A DNA stretch of 64,000 nucleotides from Coxiellaceae bacterium (GCA_044359385.1 JBIKMG010000003.1:2836-66835), one strand, 5' to 3'; counted from the stretch's first letter, positions 30,130-41,521 are shown. A program made the numbers and translations. The notes: generated from the letters alone by a model not told the origin.

Positions 30130-30216
30130 TGGTACCGAGAGTGGGAATCGAACCCACACGATATCGCTATCACCGGATTTTGAATCCGGCGCGTCTACCA
30201 ATTCCGCCACCTCGGC
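30130..30216 (-). tRNA. tRNA-Leu (anticodon CAA), long variable arm
   Basis: Cloverleaf GCCGAGGTGGCGGAATTGGTAGACGCGCCGGATTCAAAATCCGG...GGTTCGATTCC...ACCA, near-identical in D/anticodon arms to E. coli tRNA-Leu(CAA). CCA is encoded. Confidence 0.8.
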
Positions 30217-30373
30217 CCCTTAAAGACGAAGCCAGTATATCAAACGAATAGAGTAAGGCAAGGGTTTTTTAGGAGTGATAACTAAGGAATTGGGGGGGAT
30301 AAAAGGCGAACTTTTAGTGAATCGGATTCACCGAGAATAAACAAGGAATAAGTTCTTGTGGTGATGAGTTGAA

Positions 30374-30742
30374 CTATCCCGGTGGCCATTTCATTTCGCG
30401 GCCGCCTAAGAAATGGAGGTGGATGTGATAAACTTCCTGCCCACCATCTGCCCCACAGTTCATGACCAACCGATAGCCAGTATCGTCTAGACCCGTATCT
30501 CGAGCCAAGATTTGAGCTGCCTCATAGAGGTGTGAAATGGTCTCGCTGCTAGGATCTAAGTCATTGACGCTCGCGATATGCTCTCTAGGAATGATTAAGA
30601 TATGAGCCGGTGCTTGAGGGTTTATGTCTTGAAAAGCAACGACATGTTCGTTTTCATAAATGAGTTCGGTTGATATTGCGCCACAGGCGATGTTGCAAAA
30701 TAAGCAGTCCATAAAAAGCCCTGGTTCAGATAAAAGGATCAT
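30374..30742 (-). CDS. HIT-family (histidine triad) nucleotide hydrolase, Hint-like
   Basis: CLFCNI and HIHLHFLGG histidine-triad motifs. Confidence 0.85.
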   Translation of the reverse strand: MILLSEPGLFMDCLFCNIACGAISTELIYENEHVVAFQDINPQAPAHILIIPREHIASVNDLDPSSETISHLYEAAQILARDTGLDDTGYRLVMNCGADGGQEVYHIHLHFLGGREMKWPPG

Positions 30743-30830
30743 TATATACTCTTTTTTCAGATAGAGAGCCAGTCATTCGTGGTAGAGATGAAAGTGCCCA
30801 TTGTTGGGCTGTGTCTAAAGATGAGCTTGT

Positions 30831-31292
30831 ATGATGAAAAAGCGGATAGTATTGAAAAAAATCGGAATTGAATGCTGGTCACCACGCATTCAGCTACCCC
30901 TTCTAAAAAAACAGGGATTAATTAACAGAGAAAAAGAAGAGTCTGTTTTATGTTATTGCTATTATTGGGAAAAAGGAAAAAAATCCTTAGCTTGTCTGTT
31001 GGCGCAATACGGCAATGGTAGTTTAGAAGAAGCGAGTCTAGTTGGCGCAATTGCGAAAGCATTGCCGTGGTTGGTTAAAGGCGGGTGTCAGCAAGTCATA
31101 GTTCAGAAACCTCGGTTGCCAGTGCTTATTTTGGGTGAAGAATTAAGGGCTCAATGGGGTCTTTGTGAGGGTAAGCAAGTTTTTGTTTCGTATTCACCAG
31201 CAGAACTATTAGGAGATGAAGGACGTAAGCGCCATTGCTGGAAAAAATTGCAAGAACTTAATCTTAGTCTTTCCGACACTCAGGGATTTTAA
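30831..31292 (+). CDS. Possible DNA polymerase III psi subunit (HolD-like), low confidence
   Basis: The N-terminal LKKIGIECWSPRIQLP resembles the HolD motif QLGITQWSLRRP. Size is similar. Otherwise divergent. Confidence 0.35.
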   Translation: MMKKRIVLKKIGIECWSPRIQLPLLKKQGLINREKEESVLCYCYYWEKGKKSLACLLAQYGNGSLEEASLVGAIAKALPWLVKGGCQQVIVQKPRLPVLILGEELRAQWGLCEGKQVFVSYSPAELLGDEGRKRHCWKKLQELNLSLSDTQGF

Positions 31293-31710
31293 ATGGGTTT
31301 GGTAGGCTGGTTTTTTTCGCTTCTTCTGGATCGTCTTTTTTTGTTTCAGGTTTAGGTGAAGGTGCGTTTTTAGTCCAACTCGGCGCACGTTGATTCTCAA
31401 AATCAGTTTCTTCTGTTCTCTCTACCGCTTCGATGATTTGTGCACCAGATATTTGGGAAAAATACCTAGCATCTTGTTGTGCCTTGAGTGTAATAGGGTT
31501 GGCTACTTTTGTAGGGGAGTGTTGATTTTCGTGATCAATAACAACTTGTGTCTTAACACTTGCTGATAGATGTTCTTTACGGCTGCTTTTTCTTGCTTCA
31601 TCCAATTTCAGCTGTAATTCAGGATCAGCTGCTTGTCCTGGGTATAATTTTATCTCATCATCGGGTTGCTTTCTTTTTAAGCTTTCGCGTTCATTGCGTA
31701 ATGTAGACAT
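31264..31710 (-). CDS. Hypothetical highly charged hydrophilic protein (148 aa)
   Basis: ORF with a GGGGAA RBS, K/E/D-rich and probably disordered. It overlaps the 3' end of the HolD-like ORF on the opposite strand by 29 nt. Confidence 0.35.
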   Translation of the reverse strand: MSTLRNERESLKRKQPDDEIKLYPGQAADPELQLKLDEARKSSRKEHLSASVKTQVVIDHENQHSPTKVANPITLKAQQDARYFSQISGAQIIEAVERTEETDFENQRAPSWTKNAPSPKPETKKDDPEEAKKTSLPNPFKIPECRKD

Positions 31711-31988
31711 CGTTGTTCCCCGTTAATTTGGATAGATTAGAACTATAAGTATAACCCGAAAACCTTAAGATATTATTAAATGGAGTCTTGTGTTACGTTA
31801 AAAAAACAGGTAGTTAATATTGACGGTCAGCTTGTTTTCTGGTGTATGGTATATGAGTCGCTAAGCATATGATCACTCGACCGACTTTTGATATGAAGTA
31901 CCTGTGATAAAGACCAGAATCGTCGGGTGATCTTGAATCCTGCTATGGGTGGCTTAATTTGGGTGAAAAGTTTAATGTAGAGGGTGCG

Positions 31989-33143
31989 ATGATAAAACTA
32001 AATCATAAAAATTATCATGTTCCTGGGATCATCGTCGCCTTTGCTCAGGGTCTGGATCTGCCACAGGTTGTCTCTAGCGGGTTTTCGGATGTTGCTTTAG
32101 AGGCAGCCTGGGGATTGGATGGGCGGTTTCAGTTGGGACAAATTACAGAGAGTTTTTGTGTCTCGCTGATATTGGACTGCATTAAAGAGTACGGCTTTAG
32201 TTTAGATAGCTCATTACTTCAAGTTAGTCGAGACTTTAGTAAAGACAGTGGTCAGTTTCGTTTGATTGTAGAAGAATATAATCAGTTAAAGCCAGTTACA
32301 GTTCGTGATTTGCTTCAGCATACCAGTGGTTTGCCGAGCTATGATCAAACGACTGCGTATGTTTATAGGATGAGTAAAAATCCCAAAAAGGTATGGCAAA
32401 TCGAAGCTTATTTGGACCTCATTACCGGCATGGATGTCGAGTACTGCCATGGTTACTGGAAAGAAAAAAGAGGTATTCACGCTTTATCTGCAACGAATTA
32501 TTTGTTAGCAGGGATTGTATTGGAGGCAATAACCGGTCGAACGCTTGCAGAGTTAATGACTCAACTTTTTATAAAACAGGGTTTGGTCGACACCGTTTAC
32601 TGTGCCAATGGAGTAGTCAAAAAAGATTTGCCGAATTTAGTACATGGTTATATGCCGACTTCTTTTCCATACGCAGATATTTTTAGATCCTTGCCGATAG
32701 TTAATTATAACGGTAGTCGTGAATTGCGTGCGTATGATGTGACTGCTGCGTATAACCTCAATGGTTTGGCTGGAATGGCCGGGATCTCATCTATTATGGA
32801 TTTAGTTCAGTGGATGAGAACACTTTGGCGAGAACAATTTTTTGGCGATCCAATGAATGTATTTTTTTCAAACCCAGCACCGATTCATCGTGAAGGTAAG
32901 AAAAATATGGGCGAATTTGGTTTAGGTTTTCGTCGTGCTAAGTTCTACCCCTATGGTGAACTGGTTTGGTCAAAAGGTCGCGTCTATGGTTATGAGGCTT
33001 TGATGGGGTATTCCTATGATCAGGACGTCACGTTTGCGTTAGCTGTTAATTCAAATCGCTCTCCATTGCGGATGCTCTCTGGTTCTGAATTGGTAGACGA
33101 GGTATTGAAACAAGTTTTGAATTTAGTGGTGCCTGGCCAGTAA
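31989..33143 (+). CDS. Beta-lactamase/PBP-like serine-hydrolase family protein with substituted catalytic residues (probable pseudo-enzyme)
   Basis: PGIIVAF...LGQITESF aligns to the PF00144 stretch PGaavav...iaSvsKtF, with Ser replaced by Gln and Lys by Glu. The family HTSGL motif is conserved. Confidence 0.7.
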   Translation: MIKLNHKNYHVPGIIVAFAQGLDLPQVVSSGFSDVALEAAWGLDGRFQLGQITESFCVSLILDCIKEYGFSLDSSLLQVSRDFSKDSGQFRLIVEEYNQLKPVTVRDLLQHTSGLPSYDQTTAYVYRMSKNPKKVWQIEAYLDLITGMDVEYCHGYWKEKRGIHALSATNYLLAGIVLEAITGRTLAELMTQLFIKQGLVDTVYCANGVVKKDLPNLVHGYMPTSFPYADIFRSLPIVNYNGSRELRAYDVTAAYNLNGLAGMAGISSIMDLVQWMRTLWREQFFGDPMNVFFSNPAPIHREGKKNMGEFGLGFRRAKFYPYGELVWSKGRVYGYEALMGYSYDQDVTFALAVNSNRSPLRMLSGSELVDEVLKQVLNLVVPGQ

Positions 33144-33199
33144 GATTTGTTGTTAGAAAACATTTAGTTTTGATCTAACCTCAGTTGACGAGCTCTTAG

Positions 33200-33781
33200 A
33201 TGGTCCTTAGAATCAGCTGGATGAATATCCCAACCATGCTAACGTTATCACGTATTGCTGCAATTCCACTTTTGTTGGTTTGCTACTATCTTCCCTTTCC
33301 TTGGGCCCATTTGGCTGCAGCTATTTTATTTGCTTTAAGTGCGATTACGGATTGGCTGGATGGGTATTTGGCAAGAAGCTTGTCTCAGCTCACGCCATTG
33401 GGTGCTTTTTTGGATCCTGTAGCCGATAAGCTCGTTGTCTGCGTCGTGATTGTGATGATTATCAGTCAACAGTATGCGGATCATTTGGTTGTTCCGGCCG
33501 TTGTTATTATTGGGCGTGAGATTGCTATCTCAGCACTTCGAGAGTGGATGAGTGAGATGGGTAAGCGAGCAAGTGTTGCGGTGACATACCTTGGAAAAAT
33601 AAAAACAGCCATTCAAATGATTGCACTTATTGTTCTTTTATTCTACAGAAAAGAGTTGCCAAATGGGGTTCTTTACTTGGGTGAAGGGTTGCTTTATATC
33701 GCTGCTGGGTTAACGTTATGGAGCATGATAAATTATCTAAAAGTTGCCTGGGAAGACTTGACAGCTTCGGCGAAAGAGTAA
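33200..33781 (+). CDS. pgsA: CDP-diacylglycerol--glycerol-3-phosphate 3-phosphatidyltransferase
   Basis: CDP-alcohol phosphatidyltransferase motif DWLDGYLAR...DPVADK. It is followed by the tRNA Gly-Cys-Leu cluster, as in the E. coli pgsA-glyW-cysT-leuZ arrangement. Confidence 0.85.
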   Translation: MVLRISWMNIPTMLTLSRIAAIPLLLVCYYLPFPWAHLAAAILFALSAITDWLDGYLARSLSQLTPLGAFLDPVADKLVVCVVIVMIISQQYADHLVVPAVVIIGREIAISALREWMSEMGKRASVAVTYLGKIKTAIQMIALIVLLFYRKELPNGVLYLGEGLLYIAAGLTLWSMINYLKVAWEDLTASAKE

Positions 33782-33804
33782 TAACATGCTGCACTCATTA
33801 AGAT

Positions 33805-33879
33805 GCGGGAATAGCTCAGTGGTAGAGCACAACCTTGCCAAGGTTGGGGTCGCGAGTTCGAATCTCGTTTCCCGCTCCA
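33805..33879 (+). tRNA. tRNA-Gly (anticodon GCC)
   Basis: GCGGGAATAGCTCAGTGGTAGAGCACAACCTTGCCAAGGTTGGGGTCGCGAGTTCGAATCTCGTTTCCCGCTCCA, near-identical to E. coli tRNA-Gly(GCC). Confidence 0.9.
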
Positions 33880-33998
33880 AGCGATTCATTGGAATTTCGC
33901 CCCTGACAGGATTAAGGGTTGGCTAAATTCGATTGTTTTCTTGGGTGCGCTGCATTTGCCGTTGGATGAAAACGGGATTTGTTAGAAGTAGCTTTTAT

Positions 33999-34069
33999 GG
34001 CTGAGTGGCAGAGTGGTCATGCAGCGGCCTGCAAAGCCGTGTACGCCGGTTCGATTCCGACCTCAGCCT
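33999..34069 (+). tRNA. tRNA-Cys (anticodon GCA)
   Basis: Acceptor stem GGCTGAG/CTCAGCC, anticodon loop CCTGCAAAG, TTCGATT T-loop (one mismatch in the T-stem). CCA is not encoded. Confidence 0.75.
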
Positions 34070-34075
34070 TTACAT

Positions 34076-34161
34076 GCCCGGGTGGCGAAATAGGTAGACG
34101 CAAGGGACTTAAAATCCCTCGGTAGTAAAATACCATGCCGGTTCGACTCCGGCCCCGGGCA
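34076..34161 (+). tRNA. tRNA-Leu (anticodon UAA), long variable arm
   Basis: Perfect acceptor stem GCCCGGG/CCCGGGC, anticodon loop ACTTAAAAT, TTCGACT T-loop. Confidence 0.85.
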
Positions 34162-34419
34162 AACCCTAGGTTCTTCATGTGAAAGACATTTTAGGTCTTC
34201 CAGATTCCCATAAAAATCTAAATCTTCCGCGAATCTGAGATGAAGAGCCTGAGTTAGCCTTTGTCTGTATGTAGATAGATTCGTTGTCGGTTATGCATTT
34301 TTCACTTCACTGAGATTTAAAAAGGAGTATCTGCGGATAGAGCCGTCTATTTATCCAGGGCAACCCAAGAAAAAGAGTTCTGCAAGACAGCTCGGTTTCT
34401 TTGCGTTATAGTATCAGGC

Positions 34420-35673
34420 ATGATTAAACCCCTTTCGCTTTTAATTGGTTTGCGATACACCCGTGCGAAGCGGCGTAATCGCTTCGTCTCTTTTATTTCA
34501 ATCGCATCTGTTATCGGAATTGCTTTAGGTGTTATGGTACTCATAACCGTGCTTTCCGTTATGAATGGCTTTAATCAAGTAGTGACAACAAAATTTTTCT
34601 CCATTGCACCGCAGATAAATGTGATGACCAATGATCCACTCGATCAGGCTCGAAAGCGGCTTGATCAGGTGTTGATTCATATCCCTCAAGTGATAGGAAT
34701 TGCTCCGTATGTCAGTGGTCAAGGAATGCTTTCAGATGGTCCAGAAGTTTCAGCAGTACAAGTAATGGGAATAGATCCTAAACAGGAGGGAGCGGTTTCT
34801 GGTATTGCTTCAAAAGTGACGGAAGGTCGTTTAAATTCATTGACCCCCGGTAGCTTTTACGCGGTTATTGGTGTGGAATTGGCCGGCACATTGGGTGCTT
34901 ATTTAGATTCGGAAATCACGCTTTACACGACAGAAACAACCATAACTCCCTTGGGTCTTTTACCTCGTTTTCGGAGGCTTCACGTTAGTGGTCTCTTTGA
35001 GACTAAAAGCGGTTTTGGTTACGATGAAGGGTTGATTTACGTTAACATTCAAGATGCTGAAAAGCTTTTTCCCACTAAAAAAATAGGTCGCTCTGGCTTT
35101 CATTTGAAATTAAAGGACATGTATCAAGCCCCCGCCGTGACGCAAAATTTAATTGAGCAACTACCAAATTCATATTTAGTAACTAATTGGACTAGCAACT
35201 ATGGTAGTTTATTTAAAGCACTAGCAATGCAAAAAACCATTATGTTTTTGGTGTTGCTCCTGATTATCCTGATTGCTGCGTTTAATTTAATTGTGAGTCT
35301 TGTGATGGGTGTCAATGAGAAACGTGCTGATATTGCCATTCTTAGAACGTTAGGGGCCAAGCGGTCAACCGTGATGGCTGTGTTTATTTTTCAAGGAGCG
35401 ATTGTTGGTTTGGCGGGAACTATTGTGGGTATTATTTGTGGAATAGGGCTCTCTCTTTCAATCACTAACTTAGTGAACTGGATACAGCATACTTTTGGAG
35501 TGCAGTGGGTGTCTGCTCAAGCTTTTTGGGTTGACTACCTTCCGTCATCTTTGCATGGAGGGGATGTATGTACAGTTGGGCTGATTGCCTTTGTGCTTAG
35601 CTTGCTGGCAACGCTTTACCCCGCTAGCTTAGCGTTTCGAACACAGCCAGCGGAGGCATTGCGTTATGAATGA
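34420..35673 (+). CDS. lolC: Lipoprotein-releasing system permease LolC/LolE
   Basis: FtsX-family permease with a large periplasmic loop. N-terminus LLIGLRYTRAKRRNRFVSFIS. Confidence 0.85.
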   Translation: MIKPLSLLIGLRYTRAKRRNRFVSFISIASVIGIALGVMVLITVLSVMNGFNQVVTTKFFSIAPQINVMTNDPLDQARKRLDQVLIHIPQVIGIAPYVSGQGMLSDGPEVSAVQVMGIDPKQEGAVSGIASKVTEGRLNSLTPGSFYAVIGVELAGTLGAYLDSEITLYTTETTITPLGLLPRFRRLHVSGLFETKSGFGYDEGLIYVNIQDAEKLFPTKKIGRSGFHLKLKDMYQAPAVTQNLIEQLPNSYLVTNWTSNYGSLFKALAMQKTIMFLVLLLIILIAAFNLIVSLVMGVNEKRADIAILRTLGAKRSTVMAVFIFQGAIVGLAGTIVGIICGIGLSLSITNLVNWIQHTFGVQWVSAQAFWVDYLPSSLHGGDVCTVGLIAFVLSLLATLYPASLAFRTQPAEALRYE

Positions 35674-36355
35674 TGCCTCGGTTGTTTTGTCTTGCAATAA
35701 CTTGGCTAAAAATTATGTAGATGGTGATTTAATTGTCCCAGTTTTAAAATCCATTGATTTATCGGTAATGGCCGGTGAAATGGTCGCTATCACAGGTGCT
35801 TCAGGTACGGGTAAAAGTACCTTGCTGCATTTGTTGGGTGGTTTGGATCATATCAGTGCGGGTGAAGTGGAGTGGATGGGTCATAAAGTATCGGGTTTGT
35901 CCGATAATTTCCGCTGTAGGTTACGAAATAAATTCTTGGGTTTTGTTTATCAGTTTCATCACTTATTGCCAGAATTTAATGTATTAGAAAATACAGCAAT
36001 GCCTCTTTGGATTGCTGGAATTTCTGTTCATGAATCACGTGAGCGATCAGTTTTGCTACTTGAGCGAGTGGGCTTGTCTCATCGGTTAGAGCATAGGGTT
36101 GGAGAGCTATCGGGTGGTGAGCGACAACGAGTTGCGATAGCCCGCGCGTTGATTATGCAACCAGCAGTTGTGCTTGCGGATGAACCGACCGGAAATTTAG
36201 ATACAAAAACAGCGCAGCAAGTATTTGAGTTGATGCGAGAGTTAAATGAGGTTCTTCATATTAGTTTTGTTATGGTTACGCATAACGATACGATGGCGAA
36301 AAAATTGGATCGATGTTTAATCGTTGAATCGGGTGAATTGCGTCAGGCATGGTGA
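35666..36355 (+). CDS. lolD: Lipoprotein-releasing system ATP-binding protein LolD
   Basis: ABC ATPase (GASGTGKST, LSGGERQR) overlapping the lolC stop. Confidence 0.9.
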   Translation: MNDASVVLSCNNLAKNYVDGDLIVPVLKSIDLSVMAGEMVAITGASGTGKSTLLHLLGGLDHISAGEVEWMGHKVSGLSDNFRCRLRNKFLGFVYQFHHLLPEFNVLENTAMPLWIAGISVHESRERSVLLLERVGLSHRLEHRVGELSGGERQRVAIARALIMQPAVVLADEPTGNLDTKTAQQVFELMRELNEVLHISFVMVTHNDTMAKKLDRCLIVESGELRQAW

Positions 36356-36482
36356 GGCGCTAAGGGCGAGTATAAAAATACGAATTTATTCGTATACGCT
36401 ACCGGGTTTTCGTTAAGTGTTTAATTCATCATTGTTAGCAGCTGATTGGGTTTTCCGTGAGTAACTGAATAGAGAGAGGTGT

Positions 36483-37766
36483 GTGTTGACTGATTTTGTT
36501 ATGTCTAGAGCTAAACGGGGTGAACAGGCCTTGCTGGTTCATGTGTCACATGGATTGGATGATGACCTAGGTTCATTCGAGGAATTTGAAGGTCTTGCTA
36601 TTGCTGCTGGAGCTGAAGTTGTTTTGAATTTAGAGGTTAAGCGGGAAAAACCAGATCCCAAATTTTATATAGGTAAAGGAAAGGTTGCTGAAATAAAGGG
36701 GCAGGTAAATGCACGAGAGATAGATTTAGTCATGGTTAATCGATCGTTATCACCAGCGCAAGAGAGGAATTTAGAAAAAGAATGGTGTGTTCCTGTAATT
36801 GATCGATCGGGGCTTATATTAAATATATTTGCGCAACGCGCACGAAGTTTTGAGGGGAAGTTACAAGTAGAGTTAGCGCAACTTGAGCATATTCGCACGC
36901 GTCTTGTTCGCGGTTGGACTCACTTAGAGCGACAAAAAGGTGGAATTGGGTTACGTGGCCCAGGTGAAACTCAGCTGGAAACGGATAAGCGGTTATTAGT
37001 TATGCGCATTAAGACGATTCATAAACGATTGAAAAAAGTAGAGTCTCAGCGCGAACAAAGTCGACGGGCTAGAACTCGACGTTCTATTCCGACAATTTCA
37101 TTGGTTGGTTACACGAATGCTGGGAAATCGACTTTATTTAATAAGCTAACTGATTCTAACGTTTTTGTAGCTGATCAGCTATTTGCAACGTTAGATCCGA
37201 CTATTCGACAACTGAATCTACCAAATATAGGGCATGCGTTGCTCGCAGATACGGTCGGTTTTTTGGCTAATTTACCCCATGAGTTAGTTGCAGCATTTAA
37301 ATCAACGTTAGAAGAAACATGTTTAGCAGATCTACTCCTGCATGTAGTAGATATCAGTGATCCTTTGTGGCGACAGCGTATGGAAGATGTGAGGCTTGTG
37401 CTAGAAGAAATTGGTGCCAAAGAAACGCCGGAGCTCATTATTTTTAATAAAGTAGATAAGCTAAAGGTTGAGTCACTTGAAAAAGGGGATCAACAGGATT
37501 GCGAGGGGTTTTCAGGAGTATATGTATCTGCAGTAACAGGTCAGGGAATAGATGAGTTAAAAGAGAGGGTGAGTGCCTTCATAGGCAATACGTGGATCAA
37601 TACCACCGTAACACTGCATCCGAATCAAGGTGCGCTACGGAGTAAATTATATCAGTTGAATGCGGTGAAAGAAGAAGTCACGACCGATGTAGGTGATATT
37701 GTACTGACTGTTCGCTTGCAGCGAGAGGATTATTTGAGGCTTTTTCCAGAAGAACAAGTTCAGTAG
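36483..37766 (+). CDS. hflX: GTPase HflX
   Basis: HflX N-domain followed by a G-domain (GYTNAGKST, DTVGF, NKVD). Confidence 0.9.
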   Translation: MLTDFVMSRAKRGEQALLVHVSHGLDDDLGSFEEFEGLAIAAGAEVVLNLEVKREKPDPKFYIGKGKVAEIKGQVNAREIDLVMVNRSLSPAQERNLEKEWCVPVIDRSGLILNIFAQRARSFEGKLQVELAQLEHIRTRLVRGWTHLERQKGGIGLRGPGETQLETDKRLLVMRIKTIHKRLKKVESQREQSRRARTRRSIPTISLVGYTNAGKSTLFNKLTDSNVFVADQLFATLDPTIRQLNLPNIGHALLADTVGFLANLPHELVAAFKSTLEETCLADLLLHVVDISDPLWRQRMEDVRLVLEEIGAKETPELIIFNKVDKLKVESLEKGDQQDCEGFSGVYVSAVTGQGIDELKERVSAFIGNTWINTTVTLHPNQGALRSKLYQLNAVKEEVTTDVGDIVLTVRLQREDYLRLFPEEQVQ

Positions 37767-37936
37767 CAATTCTCGATTAATAGGGATTGCACTTATTTCC
37801 ACGAGGAAAACCCAGGACTTTCAGTCTTTGCCATGATAGAATGGGTCCGTTTTAGCAAAAATGTGCAGAATTTTGGGATGAATATAAAAGCTGAATATAG
37901 TCAAACAGCTCAGCTTATTTGCCAAAAATCGCCTAA

Positions 37937-39277
<1,341 letters not shown>

Positions 39278-39307
39278 TTCGTATCGTCGATTTGAAATTA
39301 TTGAGCG

Positions 39308-41473
39308 CTATATTCTCTTAACATCCCGGACACCTGGAATATGACGAAGTCCAGTAATCAGTTGGCTTAACTGCGTTTTATCAAGAACATCCAAGTGGTA
39401 GCGATAGATTCGTGTGGATTGAGCCTGATTGAGATGAGAGCTGTGGCGTAAGATATTCAGATCTTGTGTGACAAGATAGCTGATAATTTGTTTATCGGTT
39501 TGCGAATCGTTAGAAGCCACTATTTCTATATTTGCCGGAAAGTGTTTTGATTGGCTTATCCCCCACTGAGCATCAATGATTCTCTCAGGTTTTTTCTGGG
39601 CGGCATGCAGTATGTTTTCACAATCAGCACGATGGATACTAACACCGGAAAATTGGGTGATATATCCTGTGACTTCATCTCCTGGGAGTGGATGGCAGCA
39701 GCGAGCAAGTTGCGTGAGTAAATTAGAGACGCCTGATATCAAAATAGCAGAATCTTTTTTTCGTTCGTTGATTTTTTCCATTCTATTTTTAACAGAAACC
39801 AGTGTTGATTCTACACCTGTAATGATCCGTAATTTATGAATGACAGTTCGTATATGGATGTCATTTGAACCCAGTTTACAGAAAAGATCAGTCATTTTCG
39901 TGATATTGAGTGTGGCAATTAGCTTTTGTAGATCTGTTTTTTTTATTTTTTCTTGTTCTAAGTACTTATTCCAAATTTCCTGCCCTTGTTTGACATGATC
40001 ATCGTAAAATTCTTTTCGAAAATAGTGGCGCACTTTTGATTGTGCATGTTTTGAAGCGAGGTAGCCTGCTTTCTTGTTTAGCCAGTCACGGCTGGGAGTG
40101 GAGCTTTTCTGTGTGAGTATTTTTACTTCGTCACCAGTCATGAGTTGATAGGTGAGGGGGACAATCCGCCCATTCACCTTTGCGCCAATGCAGTGATGAC
40201 CGATATCTGTATGTACCGTATAGGCGAAATCAAGAGGTGTTGATTTTAGAGGTAAATCAATGATTTTATTTTTTGGTGTAAAAACATAGACACGGTTTTG
40301 AAAAGCCTCGCGGTAGAGGGATTTATCTCGATCGGTATCGATCTCTTCATGCCAACTTAATAAACTTTGTAGCCAATTGATTTTTTTGCTGGTGTTTTCT
40401 TCACTGGAACTACGAACTTCTTTGTATTTCCAGTGAGCAGCCACCCCCAGCTCCGCCTCTTCGTGCATGTCGAATGTTCGTAATTGAATTTCAACTAAAG
40501 TATTTTTGGGAGCTTGAATAACCGTGTGTAAAGAACGATAACCATTGGGCTTGGGGTTGCTGATGTAATCGTCAAATTCATCGGGAACTGGATTCCAAGT
40601 TGTGTGGATGGCACTTAAAACAGCATAACAATCAGAAACTGTCGGAAGCAAAATTCGCAAAGCGGTTGCATCATTAATTGCTTTGTAGCTGTAATTTTTT
40701 TGTTTGCATTTTTTGTATATGCTGTAAATGTGCTTTGCACGACCACTAATATTGAACTGATAGCAAGTAGTTTGTTTGAGTAATAGCTCCTCTAGTGCTT
40801 GTTTAAAATTGATAATATACGCTTCACGTTCACTGCGATTATGATGTAGTGTTTTTGAGATTTCATGATAGGCTTGTGGTTCTAGATATCGAAAAGATAG
40901 ATCTTCTAATACCCACTTAAGTTGCCCCAAGCCTAGACGGTTAGCTAGGCTTGCATAAACATGCAATCCCATTTCTGCTTGCCAGCGTTTGGTTTCATCT
41001 GGATTGTTATGTAGTTTTCTAACTTCTGCTATTTGTTCGCAAAGTTTGATAATGACAACACGAATATCATCGACCATCGCTAGGAGCATTTTTCTGAGTG
41101 CGGTTGATTGAGCTAGCCGCTGTTCTCGATTTTGATGTTGTATTTTATCCTGGATACTCATTCGTTTAAAGCCACGAGCTAGACTTTTGAAGCTCGGATA
41201 ATTGTTTAATTCAATGGGCCATTTTTCTTCAGCGAGTGTTTGTAAATGAGGTTGAATGAGGCAGCAGATTACGAGTGTTGGATCTGTGGTGGTGAGTAAA
41301 AGCTCACTAGCAATCGCTATTCCGCGTTCAGTCAGATTATCTGAAGTGGGAGAAAAGGTAGCGAGTAGATGGCTTCCTTGAGTCAGGATGGTTTCATAAT
41401 CAGTTGGTTGTGTAAACCGGGGCGATGCTTTTTGAAGCCAGTTAGCGAGTGTGTCACGGTACGAGTGAGACAT
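39308..41473 (-). CDS. relA: RelA/SpoT-family (p)ppGpp synthetase (RelA-type, degenerate N-terminal HD region)
   Basis: Synthetase motif RSLHTVIQ...EIQLRTFDMHEEAELGVAAHWKYKE plus TGS and ACT C-terminal domains. The N-terminal region lacks a clear HD motif. Confidence 0.85.
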   Translation of the reverse strand: MSHSYRDTLANWLQKASPRFTQPTDYETILTQGSHLLATFSPTSDNLTERGIAIASELLLTTTDPTLVICCLIQPHLQTLAEEKWPIELNNYPSFKSLARGFKRMSIQDKIQHQNREQRLAQSTALRKMLLAMVDDIRVVIIKLCEQIAEVRKLHNNPDETKRWQAEMGLHVYASLANRLGLGQLKWVLEDLSFRYLEPQAYHEISKTLHHNRSEREAYIINFKQALEELLLKQTTCYQFNISGRAKHIYSIYKKCKQKNYSYKAINDATALRILLPTVSDCYAVLSAIHTTWNPVPDEFDDYISNPKPNGYRSLHTVIQAPKNTLVEIQLRTFDMHEEAELGVAAHWKYKEVRSSSEENTSKKINWLQSLLSWHEEIDTDRDKSLYREAFQNRVYVFTPKNKIIDLPLKSTPLDFAYTVHTDIGHHCIGAKVNGRIVPLTYQLMTGDEVKILTQKSSTPSRDWLNKKAGYLASKHAQSKVRHYFRKEFYDDHVKQGQEIWNKYLEQEKIKKTDLQKLIATLNITKMTDLFCKLGSNDIHIRTVIHKLRIITGVESTLVSVKNRMEKINERKKDSAILISGVSNLLTQLARCCHPLPGDEVTGYITQFSGVSIHRADCENILHAAQKKPERIIDAQWGISQSKHFPANIEIVASNDSQTDKQIISYLVTQDLNILRHSSHLNQAQSTRIYRYHLDVLDKTQLSQLITGLRHIPGVRDVKRI

Positions 41474-41521
41474 AGGTTATGTTGTACCTTGCAATTAAAG
41501 CAGAATAAAAGTTTAGCAGAG

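Noticed and set aside
29994-30251. 85-aa plus-strand ORF
   Set aside because: It covers the tRNA-Leu(CAA) gene on the opposite strand, so it is an artefact.
30015-30373. Possible integration hotspot at tRNA-Leu(CAA)
   Set aside because: I looked for an integrase, direct repeats of the tRNA 3' end, or phage genes flanking the tRNA. None are present, and the flanks are core genes (GT9, HIT).
34162-34419. Possible island insertion downstream of the tRNA Gly-Cys-Leu cluster
   Set aside because: Only 258 bp separate tRNA-Leu(UAA) from lolC, with no ORF, no repeat of the tRNA end, and no integrase.
34347-34544. 65-aa minus-strand ORF near the lolC start
   Set aside because: It overlaps the lolC N-terminus antisense and has no RBS or conservation signal.
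39308-41473. RelA N-terminal region lacking an HD hydrolase motif as an anomaly
   Set aside because: Degenerate, hydrolase-inactive HD domains are the norm for RelA-type synthetases, so this is expected and not novel.
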